DNA of 64,000 bases from Eledone cirrhosa (Eukaryota). The notes under the pieces are model-generated. The model was not told where the DNA came from, did no database searches, and saw only the letters and a program-made list of their open reading frames with translations. Position numbers and translations under genes: made by a program. The stretch is taken from NCBI GenBank assembly GCA_964016885.1, contig OZ024756.1:37634001-37698000 (forward strand). The letters are read 5' to 3'. Of this stretch, positions 1 through 11,433 are shown piece after piece; position 1 is the first letter of the stretch; every line of letters begins with the position of its first letter.

Positions 1-1325
1 ATAGAGTAATGTAAATGTTATGTAAGATATTATGTGAGGTAAAGCCTTTACTGTGAAAATACAATAGTATATATAGAGTAATGTAAATGTTATGTGAGAT
101 ATTATGTGAGGTAAAGCCTTTACTGTGAAAATACAATAGTATATATAGAGTAATGTAAATGTTATGTGAGATATTATGTGAGGTAAAGCCTTTACTGTGA
201 AAATACAATAGTATATATAGAGTAATGTAAATGTTATGTGGGATATTATGTGAGGTAAAGCCTTCACTGTGAAAATACAATAGTATATATAGAGTAATGT
301 AAATGTTATGTAAGATATTATGTGAGGTAAAGCCTTTACTGTGAAAATACAATAGTATATATAGAGTAATGTAAATGTTATGTGGGATATTATGTGAGGT
401 AAAGCCTTTACTGTGAAAATACAATAGTATATATAGAGTAATGTAAATGTTATGTGGGATATTATGTGAGGTAAAGCCTTTACTGTGAAAATACAATAGT
501 ATATATAGAGTAATGTAAATGTTATGTGGGATATTATGTGAGGTAAAGCCTTCACTGTGAAAATACAATAGTATATATAGAGTAATGTAAATGTTATGTA
601 AGATATTATGTGAGGTAAAGCCTTTACTGTGAAAATACAATAGTATATATAGAGTAATGTAAATGTTATGTGGGATATTATGTGAGGTAAAGCCTTTACT
701 GTGAAAATACAATAGTATATATAGAGTAATGTAAATGTTATGTGGGATATTATGTGAGGTAAAGCCTTCACTGTGAAAATACAATAGTATATATAGAGTA
801 ATGTAAATGTTATGTAAGATATTATGTGAGGTAAAGCCTTTACTGTGAAAATACAATAGTATATATAGAGTAATGTAAATGTTATGTGAGATATTATGTG
901 AGGTAAAGCCTTTACTGTGAAAATACAATAGTATATATAGAGTAATGTAAATGTTATGTGAGATATTATGTGAGGTAAAGCCTTTACTGTGAAAATACAA
1001 TAGTATATATAGAGTAATGTAAATGTTATGTGAGATATTATGTGAGGTAAAGCCTTTACTGTGAAAATACAATAGTATATATAGAGTAATGTAAATGTTA
1101 TGTGAGATATTATGTGAGGTAAAGCCTTTACTGTGAAAATACAATAGTATATATAGAGTAATGTAAATGTTATGTGGGATATTATGTGAGGTAAAGCCTT
1201 TACTGTGAAAATACAATAGTGTATATAGAGTAATGTAAATGTTATGTGGGATATTATGTGAGGTAAAGCCTTTACTGTGAAAATACAATAGTGTATATAG
1301 AGTAATGTAAAAGCTAAAGGGTTAA
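1..1325 (+). repeat. 72-bp tandem minisatellite (~18 copies, runs off window start) ending in a piggyBac-like MITE right end
   Basis: Unit ATAGAGTAATGTAAATGTTATGTRRGATATTATGTGAGGTAAAGCCTTTACTGTGAAAATACAATAGTATAT recurs in register at 1, 361, 721, 1081. The array ends ...GCTAAAGGG-TTAA, like the MITE at 9938-10131. Confidence 0.95.
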
Positions 1326-1515
1326 ACTTTATGAAATATGTTGTCAAAATATAATGATGTAGACATATTGGTTTACTCTACATCTTCATTCTGGTCTTTA
1401 ATAAATAGTTTCAAGGTTATAATGATGATGATGATGATGATGATAGTGGTTATGATGATGACAATGATGATGATCATGATGATAGGAATGATTGTGATAA
1501 TGATGATGATGATGA

Positions 1516-1557
<42 letters not shown>

Positions 1558-2533
1558 TGCATATGGATGTGTGTGAGTGTGCGGTGTGTGAGTGTATGTG
1601 TGATGGCTATGATGTCGATAGAAATAGCAATGATCATAATGATGATGATGATGGTGACGATGATGATGGTGATGATGATGATGATGATGATGATGATTAA
1701 AGGTGATGACAATAATCATTGAAATAAATAAAAAAAAAAAAAGAAGCATGCACACATACAAATACATATACACACAGACAAACACATGCACAAACACTGA
1801 CACACAGACACACACAACTCCTCCCCCCGAAACACACACACAAACACATGCACAACGACCCCCACACAAACACATAAACAACGACACCCCCCAACCATCC
1901 CCACAACCACCACACACAAACACAATCACATGCACAAACACCCCCTCCCACACACACACAAACACATATAAACACACACAACCCCAAGCGACCCCTACCC
2001 CACATACACACACACACACAAACACATATAAACACACACAACCCCAAGCCACCCCACCCCCCACCCCCCACACACAAACACATACAAACTCATACACCCA
2101 CACCCACCCCAAACACTAATAGAAACACACCCAACATTAAACAATCGTGGTTATTCCATTTAAAATTATTTGAAAACTAATCATAGAATATTAAATTGAA
2201 ATTTTCTAAAATTAAAAGCAAAATTGAAATTAAATTGAAGAATATTCTGGGAAGTTTAGGAAAAAATAAAAGAGAAATTCTGGAAGAAAATGATAGAGAA
2301 AAATAAGAAGGAAATAGCAAATCTATTTCAGTAATGTTGGAAATTATGTTATATATATATATATATAAATATGTATAAATATGTGTATATATATATTTGT
2401 GTGTATAAATATATATATATATATGTGTGTATGTGTGTGTATGTATAAGTATAAATATATGTGTGTATAAATATATATTTGCGGGTGTGTGCACGTGTAT
2501 GGTTGTGTATATATATATATATATGTGTGTATT

Positions 2534-2670
<137 letters not shown>

Positions 2671-2679
2671 TTATCATCA

Positions 2680-2770
2680 TGGAGGTGTGTGGCTTAATGG
2701 TTAGAGAGCTGGTTTCACAATCGTGAGGTTGTGAGTTTGATTCCTGGCCTGAGCGATGCAGTGTGGTTCC
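2680..2770 (+). mobile_element. tRNA-like 5' head of SINE family B (3'-truncated)
   Basis: TGGCTTAATGGTTAGAG (A box) and GAGTTTGATTCC (B box); similar to the head of the full copy at 34764. Confidence 0.7.
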
Positions 2771-3112
2771 TATATATATATATATACATATATATAGAGA
2801 TATACATACATATATATACAAATATATATAGATATATATATAAATATAAATATATACATACATATATAGATATATACATACATATATAGATATATACATA
2901 CATATATATATATATAAATATATATATATATAAATACATATATATATACTTATATATATATATATATATATACATATATATATGGAAAGTTATATTTAAA
3001 TTGTTGGGTTACAACTAGTAAATATTTATAACTGATATAAAAGCACTCGACAAATATTTGGAGTATATTTACAATATTAAATAAATGGAAACTATATTTA
3101 TAAAACCATATC

Positions 3113-3178
3113 TATTTCATTATATATATTTCAGGGATATCATATTAACAATATGCTATGCCTTCCTCAGACAAAATA
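3113..3178 (-). ncRNA. Type I hammerhead ribozyme motif (left arm)
   Basis: Reverse complement of the motif at 3352-3417. Confidence 0.8.
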
Positions 3179-3351
3179 CAATATAAACAGTTTTATAGAT
3201 AAATAGATTCGACATACCGTAACAACATCGACTTGTATTTGAAAAGGTTGATTTGAAAAGGTTGATTTGACTACCAAATCAACCTTTTCAAATACAAGTC
3301 GATGTTGTTACGGTATGTCGAATCTATTTATCTATAAAACTGTTTATATTG

Positions 3352-3417
3352 TATTTTGTCTGAGGAAGGCATAGCATATTGTTAATATGATATCCCTGAA
3401 ATATATATAATGAAATA
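3352..3417 (+). ncRNA. Type I hammerhead ribozyme motif (right arm)
   Basis: Stem I TATTTTGT / CTGAGGA / stem II AGGCATAGCATATT-GTT-AATATGATATCCCT / GAAA / palindromic stem III TATATA / TA cleavage site / stem I' ATGAAATA. Confidence 0.8.
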
Positions 3418-3477
3418 GATATGGTTTTATAAATATAGTTTCCATTTATTTAATATTGTACATATATATATATATAT

Positions 3478-3838
3478 TAGAAAGAGAGGTTTTTTTTACA
3501 AAATGAAAAATAACCGAGGTGTCCTCCACGAGTGAAAGTATAAAGAAAAAAAGATGAAATCGAAAATGCAACTGGAGTCTTATTTTTTAAAAAAATATAT
3601 ATATTTATTTGGTTCCTTTACTGGTTTCGCAGTTCATCTGCTTTTCAAAAGTAGAGTTGAGATGGGGGGTTTGTGGTTTTTCTCATGAGATGTGAGAAAA
3701 ACCACAGACCCTCCATCTCAACTCTACTTTTGAAAAGCAGAAGAACTGCCAAACCAGTAAAGGAACCAAATAAATATATATATTTTTAAAAAAATAAGAC
3801 TCCAGTTGCATTTTCGATTTCATCTTTTTTTCTTTATA
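3478..3838. mobile_element. Foldback element (family 2): ~60-bp tail plus ~145-bp inverted arms, in (TA)n
   Basis: 3539-3685 pairs with 3693-3838 with a few mismatches; same tail-plus-arms layout as the adjacent element but unrelated sequence. Confidence 0.85.
3613..3654 (-). ncRNA. Candidate hammerhead with U3-A8 variant core
   Basis: Minus strand: CTACTT TTGAAAA GCAG-ATGAA-CTGC GAAA CCAG TA AAGGAA. Stem I is weak, and the right-arm copy has GAAA changed to CAAA. Confidence 0.55.
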
Positions 3839-4011
3839 TATATATATATATATACATATATACATATAATAAAAGAGTTTGTCTAACCGATTAGGGATTT
3901 AACAAAGATAACTCCGTATTACCTTCTATTTTATCCTCTTCTCTCATTCCATGATTTGCTCCTATACTCCACTTGAATCATTGTCCATGATGCAGCAGTC
4001 TTATTATTTGA

Positions 4012-4257
4012 AAACCATAGGCAGTGTCTTTCATTAGAAATATGGTAACAAAAGTGTTAAAGTGTTTATATTTATCTAAAAAACCTTCCACCATAATTTT
4101 ATATAAGAACCTTTGTTATGTTATGTTCCAAACATCAACTGAAAACTGAGAAAGTTATTTTACTAAATCTCAACCAAATTCTTTATCATTTTCGAAATTG
4201 TTTCAAAATTATTTAGGCAATGTCTTTCATTAGAAAATATGATAACAAAAGGGTTAA
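4012..4257 (+). mobile_element. Possible second piggyBac-like MITE, right-end fragments (duplicated terminus)
   Basis: TAGGCARTGTCTTTCATTAGAAA...TAACAAAAGKG-TTAA occurs twice (to 4060 and 4257); no left end seen. Confidence 0.35.
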
Positions 4258-5296
4258 TATAGATAAAGTTGGAAAATTTTATTTCCAGATAAGAAAACAA
4301 TAAAATATTTCATTTTTTTTTTTTTTGTGTGTGCATGTTTTTGTGAAATGTATTATTTGAAAAACTTAATAAATTATTTCCTTTAAAAAAAAAATCAATA
4401 ATAATAATAATAATAATAACAATAATAATAACAATAATAACAACAACAATGATAATAATAATAATAAATAAATAAATAAATAAATTAGGAAAATAACATA
4501 GAATGTTTGGAAAGAGACATTCCATCAAATTCTTCAAGGAAATTGTCTTTTTTCTCTCTTTTATTACCATTATTCATATTTATTTATTTATTAATTTATA
4601 TTTATATTTTTTAATTTATTTATATATTTATTTATTTATTTATATATTTATTTATATTTATATATTTTTTATTTATTTATATATTTATTTATATTTATAT
4701 ATTTTTTTATTTATTTATATATATTTTTATTTATTTATATATTTAGTTATATTTATATATTTTTTAAATTTATTTATATATTTTTTATTTATTTATATAT
4801 TTATTTATTACAAGAAACGAAAAAAAAAGACTAGTGGATATTTGAAATTAGAAAAAAAATAGCCTCCCCCCCAAAAAAAACATTTAAATATTAAATAGAC
4901 CCCCCCCCCCTACCTCACCCCACCCTCCCAAATATATATTATGAACCCCCCCCCCCCAATCCCATACTACCCAGCTTCACCACTAAAATAGAATATGGTT
5001 ATGGAAACAAAAACAACTAGCAAAAATATCTACATAAAAATTATTAAAAAAAAATAATGATGACAATGATGATGGTGATGGTGATGGTGATGATGATGAT
5101 GACAATGATGATGATGATGGTGATGGTGATGATGATGATGATGATGAGCACGACGATGATGAATATGATGATGATGATGATGACTTTTATTCATCACATG
5201 GGCTCAAGACAATAGGAACTATACAAAGACAAAATAACACAGAATAGGGGTCACATCAAGTAAAGAAAAAGTGGTTACCACCGAAGGGAAAACATC

Positions 5297-5615
5297 CTCA
5301 TCATCGCTATTTAATGTCCATTTTCCACGCTGGCATGGGTTAGATGAGTTGCCCCATAGTGAGACAAGCTAGGTCTGATGTCTATGTCTTGACTTGCTCA
5401 TATACGACTGGTCTTGGCTTGGTTTGATGCCCTTCCTAACACCAATCACATTTTCAGTTTGTGCTTGGTGATTTTTGTCATAACACCTACATGACCACTT
5501 TACAGTGGTTTGAGAAAGGTGCAGCAGGGCCAACTGACCAGACTTGTCCCATCACATGGATGATCCGTCTAACCCATGCAAGGATGGAAAAATGGATACT
5601 AAATGATGATGATGA
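5297..5615. mobile_element. Two oppositely oriented RTE-LINE/SINE 3' tail fragments
   Basis: Minus copy has GCATGGGTTAGA...GATGCCCTTCCTAACACCAA as in the LINE 3'UTR at 31960-32110. Plus copy has CCGTCTAACCCATGC...(GAT)n. Confidence 0.7.
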
Positions 5616-5642
5616 AAATGTTATTATTATTATTATTATTGA

Positions 5643-5832
5643 AGGGCGGTGGATTGGCAGTATCGGTAGAGGGTCGGACGCCATGCTTTGCAGCAAAGAG
5701 TTACGGCCCTTTATGGTCTGAGTTCAAATCCCGCCGAGGTTAACTTTGCCTTTCATCCTTACGGGGTCGATAAAATAAAGTACCAGTAATGCACTGAGAT
5801 AATTGCTGGCCTTGTGCCAAAAGTAGAAACAA
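5643..5832 (+). mobile_element. tRNA-derived SINE family A
   Basis: A box TGGCAGTATCGG, B box GTTCAAATCC, central GCCGAGGTTAACTTTGCCTTTCATCCTTACGGGGTCGATAAAATAAAGTACCAGT, (ATT)n tail; more than 10 copies in window. Confidence 0.9.
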
Positions 5833-5847
5833 TTATTATTATTATTG

Positions 5848-6066
5848 AAGGTGATGGATTGGCAGAATCGGTAGAGCATCGGACAACATGCTATGTGGCA
5901 TATAGTTGCGTCCCTTTACCTTCCAAGTCCAAATCCCGCCAAGGTTAGCTTTGCCTTTCATCCTTACAGAGTTGATAAAATAAAGTACTAGTAATACACT
6001 GGGTTCTATATAATCGACTTACCCCTCCCCCAAAATTGTTGGCCTTGTGCCTAAATGAGAAACCAT
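5848..6066 (+). mobile_element. SINE family A (long variant), tandem with previous copy
   Basis: Same head and core plus an extra ATCGACTTACCCCTCCCCCAAA segment. Confidence 0.88.
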
Positions 6067-6792
6067 TATTGTTATTGTTGTTTTTTGTTATCATCATCAT
6101 CATCATTGCATTTTTTTACTAATTTTTCTTTCTTTTTTTAAATAATTTTATTATATTTTTTCTTCCTACAGATTTTATTGGTTAATTTGATTTTTCTGTT
6201 TTATTTTTATATTTTATTTTCAGATATTTATTTATTTATTTATCTATTTATTTATTTGTAAAATCTTTTTTAATTTTCTGCAAGATAAGGGATTTTTCTG
6301 GTTTTGTTTATATTTCATCCATTTTAATTCCATTAGTTTTATGTATCTACATATGTATGTGTGTGTGTATATATATATCTATTTATCTCTCTCTATATAC
6401 ATACATATATATGTGTGTGTGTGTGTGTCTGTGTGTGTGTGTGTATCTATTTATCTCTCTATATATGCATATATATGTGTGTGTGTGTGTGTGTGTATAT
6501 ATATCTATTTATCTCTCTATATACATATATATGTGTGTGTGTGTGTATATATATCTATTTATCTCTCTCTATATATACATATATATATGTGTGTGTGTGT
6601 GTAATATTCATATACAATAATATATACTATATATTGATATATATGTATGTGTATATATGTTAATACATCCATACATACATAAATGTATATATATATATAT
6701 ATGTGTATATATATGTGTGTGTGTGTATATATATGTGTGTGTGTGTGTATATATATGTATATATGTATGTATGTATGTATGTATATATATAT

Positions 6793-7381
6793 TGTGCTAC
6801 TGGTAACATGTATCCCAGTACAACCTGTCTCATGGTCGGGTCGTTGGCGACTAAACTGGAAACCCCACCAAGGTTTCTTGGTGAGGAGGGTGGCTTTGGA
6901 CATCCTGCAGGACTAAAAACAAAACCTGTCAAAGGGCAAAGGAACTCTTAAGAGTCAATGGCCATCCAAAATCACCAGGAGAGATGACACCTTAGCCTTT
7001 GTCAAGGCAGAATTCTAGGAGAAGGAAAACTCTGATATAACACCTGCAACCCTGATGGTATCCAATGATGTTGACTTGTTCTTCTTTTTGGTAAATATCA
7101 TCTTGGTTAAGAGAGTAGGACTGGCTTTGTGCAATGCTCACTATAAAAGCTTCACAGCACAGGCATTGCTTTATATCTGGAGATCTCTCTGCACTTGTCG
7201 TCACCTGGTACCATGGGCCCAACACTATGTGTCAATAATTGTCACAAGTGTAGTGTTTGTACCAGAGTTTCAAGTCGCTGGTTGGACTAAAAAGTCACAC
7301 TCGTTCAGCGCATCTGTAGGGGTTCTCCTACATGAATATAAAGTAGTGGCCGTACTCGAAAGCGAGTTGGTAGCCACCACC
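6793..7381 (+). mobile_element. Dispersed element resembling an RTE-clade 5'UTR, in (TA)n
   Basis: Motifs AAAACAAAACCTGTCAAAGGGC and CTAGGAGAAGGAAAACTCTGA, recalled from RTE 5'UTRs. 7011-7158 is homologous to the flanks of the 48-bp array (16003-16130, 21319-21339). Confidence 0.55.
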
Positions 7382-7422
<41 letters not shown>

Positions 7423-7752
7423 CATATATACATATATATATATTTATATATATATACATATATATCTATTTTTATATATATATACATATATATATACATA
7501 TATATATACATCTATATATACATATATATATACATATATACATATACATATATATATACATATATATACATACATATATATATATATATATATACAAATT
7601 CATATATGTGATGATGATGATAATGATATATATATATATCAAGATAAGCAGAACAAGTAAAAATTCAATCAATTTTTCAAAATAAATCAAAATTAATATA
7701 CAATCAAAATTAATTAAAATTAAAAAATATAATATAAATATTTACCTATTCT

Positions 7753-7840
7753 AATGGCCCTCACTGTACAGTTTCACGGTGCAAAACATTAAATATCACA
7801 AGGATATTAATGGAAAAGCAACGATCATCAGAGAAGCATT
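7753..7840 (-). ncRNA. Type I hammerhead ribozyme motif with long stem II
   Basis: AATGCTTCT CTGATGA T CGTTGC...CATTAATATC-CTTGT-GATATTTAATG...GCACCG T GAAA CTGTACAG TG AGGGCCATT. Stem I 8/9 paired, palindromic stem III ACTGTACAGT. Cleavage triplet is GUG here but GUU in the second repeat (8291). Confidence 0.8.
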
Positions 7841-8071
7841 TTCCTGTCCTAGGGTTAAAAACCCCAGGAACGACAAAATATATGACCTCACTCCAACTAA
7901 TACAGGTCTAAAAGGTCGTGAAAGTGACCCGTAAATACATTGGTGTATAGTGAAGGCGGGAAATCGTAGACTCGCCGTCTATAGCTCGCCACTAAAAAAA
8001 AGATTTTTAGTAACTAAATATAACGACAAAATTTGTATCTCTACATATGGAGATTATTGAAAAAGGTTAAT

Positions 8072-8115
8072 ATATATCTGAGGGTACAATGTACCCCCGG
8101 AAATATATAGTGTGT
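8072..8115 (+). ncRNA. Decayed opposite-polarity hammerhead motif
   Basis: ATATAT CTGA[---] GGGTAC-AAT-GTACCC CCG GAAA TATA TA GTGTGT. The core lacks one TGA of CTGATGA; stem I pairs with G-U wobbles. Confidence 0.5.
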
Positions 8116-8653
8116 CTATGATTTAAGGTGGTTCTATGGTAATAATTTGATATACCAGAACATAATATCAAGATAAGCAGAACAAGTAAAAATTCAATCA
8201 ATTTTTCAAAATAAATCAAAATTAATATACAATCAAAATTAATCAAAATTAAAAAATATAATATAAATATTTACCTATTCTAATGGCCCTAACTGTACAG
8301 TTTCACGGTGCAAAACATTAAATATCACAAGGATATTAATATATATATATATATACACAGTTACATATAAATCTAATCTTTGTTAGTGAGCAGGCATTAA
8401 ATGATAACAATATATATGTACAATAAATGTGTATATATATATGTGAGTCTGTGTGTTTGTGTGCGTATGTATGTATATATGTATGTATATATGTATGTGT
8501 GCATGTATGTATGTATTGAGGATGCACCAATAAACAAATTGGTTGATTTTCGATTACTGATTAATCAGTAGCTGATTATCTATAATGTAATTATGTATTG
8601 TGATATGAGAATACATTTTATAATTAATTGTAAGTGATATATTATAATATTTG

Positions 8654-9571
8654 AGCCCACACTGTAAAGTGGTTGTGTAGGTATCACAACAAAAAGCACA
8701 CAGCCCACACTGTAAAGTGGTTGTGTAGGTATCACAACAAAAAACACACAGCCTACACTGTAAAGTGGTTGTGTAGGTATCACAACAAAAAGCACACAGC
8801 CCACACTGTAAAGTGGTTGTGTAGGTAACACGACAAAAAGCACACAGCCCATACTGTAAAGTGGTTGTGTAGGTATCACGACAAAAAAACACACAGCTGA
8901 CACTGTAAAGTGGTTGTGTAGGAATCACAACAAAAAGCACACAGCCCATACTGTAAAGTGGTTGTGTAGGTAACACGACAAAAAGCACACAGCCCATACT
9001 GTAAAGTGGTTGTGTAGGTATCACGACAAAAAAACACACAGCCCACACTGTAAAGTGGTTGTGTAGGTATCACAACAAAAAGCACACAGCCCACACTGTA
9101 AAGTGGTTGTGTAGGTAACACGACAAAAAGCACACAGCCCATACTGTAAAGTGGTTGTGTAGGTAACACGACAAAAAGCACACAGCCCATACTGTAAAGT
9201 GGTTGTGTAGGTATCACAACAAAAAGCACACAGCCCACACTGTAAAGTGGTTGTGTAGGTAACACGACAAAAAGCACACAGCCCATACTGTAAAGTGGTT
9301 GTGTAGGTATCACAACAAAAAGCACACAGCCCACACTGTAAAGTGGTTGTGTAGGTATCACAACAAAAAGCACACAGCCCATACTGTAAAGTGGTTGTGT
9401 AGGTATCACAACAAAAAGCACACAGCCCATACTGTAAAGTGGTTGTGTAGGTAACACGACAAAAAGCACACAGCCCATACTGTAAAGTGGTTGTGTAGGT
9501 ATCACGACAAAAAAACACACAGCTGACACTGTAAAGTGGTTGTGTAGGTATCACGAGAAAAAAAGCACCCA
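8654..9571 (+). repeat. 48/49-bp minisatellite (~19 copies) derived from RTE LINE 3'UTR sub-repeat
   Basis: Unit AGCCCAYACTGTAAAGTGGTTGTGTAGGTAWCACRACAAAAAGCACAC; resembles the reverse complement of 32125-32180. Confidence 0.92.
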
Positions 9572-9629
9572 GTAAAGGCATTATTTGAGATTGGATAGTA
9601 TATATACACACGCACACATGTATATCATG

Positions 9630-9747
9630 AATTCATACACTGTTCACTTTCCTGACATTTGTACATTATTCTACGTACTGTATATGCACCATTGATGAGT
9701 TGTAGTGCACCTGAGCACTGTACACAATAATTTCATTATTATTATTA
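9630..9747 (+). mobile_element. CR1/L2-like LINE 3' end with (ATT)n tail
   Basis: CCTGACATTTGT...GAGTTGTAGTGCACCTGAGCACT...AATAATTTCATTATT shared with 42405-42575 and 47943-48290. Confidence 0.75.
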
Positions 9748-9875
9748 TTTCCTTTTTCCTTTTTTGTTACATACTCTGCTTTTGTTTTTTTTTTACACGC
9801 AGAAATCCCTATTTGTATTGTCCTGTGTCGTACTTAATGTTATACTTTCTGTCAACGCTTGTGGTTAATAAAGAA

Positions 9876-9906
<31 letters not shown>

Positions 9907-9937
9907 CATGAGATGCCATGCTTGTGTTTGGGGCATT

Positions 9938-10131
9938 TTAACCCCTTAGAATTTAAGCCGGCTGTATCCAGCCATAATTCTTTCACCTATTTCTGTTCAA
10001 ACTGGCTAATACTTATGTTAAGGTATTGTTCTCAAAATAAATACTTTCAAAATCTCATAGATTCAATATTATGTGAGATAATTATGTGAGGTAAATATAA
10101 TAGTAAATATAGAGTAATGCTAAAGGGTTAA
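9938..10131 (+). mobile_element. piggyBac-like MITE (~190 bp)
   Basis: TTAA-CCCCTTAGAATT ... AATGCTAAAGGG-TTAA: TTAA target site and CCC-starting terminal inverted repeats (10/12 match). Confidence 0.75.
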
Positions 10132-10487
10132 ACCTAGTGGAACCCATCCGTCTCCAGGTCGCAATAGAACTGATTTCTCCCATGCACAGAGAGAGAAAGT
10201 GACGATGAAATTGAGTTCTCTACTGGCCTGGTTCATTATTTATTGACCACGAAAGGATTAAACACAAAGTTGTCCACAGAAGGGTCTGAACTCAGAATGC
10301 AAGAATGCAGAGAGTTCTAATGAATGAGGCACAGCATTCTATCAGACATTTTAATAATGCCACCAATTTGCCGCTTACACACACATGCACATATATATAT
10401 ACAGATAGATATATACATATATGTATATATATATATATATATATATACACAGAAAATAGAGAAAATAGTGCTACAATATAACCTATA

Positions 10488-10577
10488 CAAGGTGTCCCCC
10501 AAAAATGTATACACACTTTGACAACCTGTACAGGCAATATTTATTAGAATGCTGTATACATTTTTGGGGACACCCTG
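10488..10577. mobile_element. Tc1/mariner-like MITE (~90 bp)
   Basis: TA-CAAGGTGTCCCCCAAAAATGTATAC ... GTATACATTTTTGGGGACACCCTG-TA; second copy at 57487. Confidence 0.8.
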
Positions 10578-10625
10578 TATATATATATATATTTGTTTAT
10601 ATATGTTTATAGATATATATATATT

Positions 10626-10696
<71 letters not shown>

Positions 10697-11091
10697 CATG
10701 GATGACTCTGGGATGAGATAATTTTCCAATGTTCGTGAAATTGACATTATTTCCAACAAATTCAGTCATCCGTGAAATAAATCTGGAAATTTATAGTCTC
10801 TCCTCCCACTACAAACCACCAGCACCACCATGTGATAGATATAGAGGCAGGGGGAGATAATAATTAAAATAAATATAATATGGATATTCATTTGTGTGTG
10901 CACATGTGAATGTAGGGACATAACAAGTATTTTGCTTTGAGATTTATATGCATGTATGTATGCATATTAGTGTGTATATATATATACATGGGGGGGGGGG
11001 GGGTTAAAAAGTAAACAGAAACTACAACACAAACAAACACAGTACAATGAAGAAATATATTAGTTTAAAACTTGATATAGTAGGGAAAGAG

Positions 11092-11122
11092 TCTTTACGT
11101 TTCGGACACTAGTCCTTCATCA
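11092..11122 (-). ncRNA. 5'-truncated minimal hammerhead (same family as 47363-47398)
   Basis: ATGATGA A GGAC-TAGT-GTCC GAAA CG TA AAGA; C3 and the 5' strand of stem I are lost at the (TA)n junction. Confidence 0.7.
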
Positions 11123-11301
11123 TTTATATATATATTGGAGAAAGAAAGAGATTGAGAGAGAGAGAGAGATTGAGAGGGAGAGAGAGAGAGTGAGAGAGAG
11201 AGAGTGATAGAGAGTAAGAGAGAGAGTGATAGAGAGTAAGAGAGAGAGTGAAAGATTGTGAGAGAGAGAGCGAGAGAGAGATGTAAAATCCTGACACCGC
11301 A

Positions 11302-11350
11302 ACACCAACCAGTTTCGCCTAGTAGGTCCAGCAAGCTTTTTCAAAGGTGT
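11302..11350 (-). ncRNA. Candidate hammerhead with U3-A8 variant core (another family)
   Basis: ACACC T TTGAAAA A GCTTG-CTGGACCTAC-TAGGC GAAA CTGG TT GGTGT; stem I ACACC/GGTGT with one extra U. Confidence 0.5.
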
Positions 11351-11402
11351 AGTAATATTTGTAGGGCATAAAAACATAGGTCACTAGTCTTGGCAGTGAT
11401 TT

Positions 11403-11432
<30 letters not shown>

Positions 11433-11433
<1 letters not shown>

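Larger units (their letters stand above)
2984..3460. mobile_element. Foldback element (family 1): ~85-bp unpaired tail plus ~190-bp inverted arms, in (TA)n; Penelope-like inverted pseudo-LTR
   Basis: 3070-3269 is the reverse complement of 3275-3460 apart from a 14-bp duplication (GAAAAGGTTGATTT) in the left arm. Each arm contains an HHR. Homologous to 41723-42179 and 11733-11890. Confidence 0.85.
7636..8340 (-). mobile_element. Retrozyme/Penelope-like non-coding element: 529-bp unit with 176-bp direct repeats (1.33-mer), in (TA)n
   Basis: 7636-7811 matches 8165-8340 with 2 mismatches; an HHR spans the repeat/internal boundary; no ORF; several internal hairpins. Confidence 0.85.
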
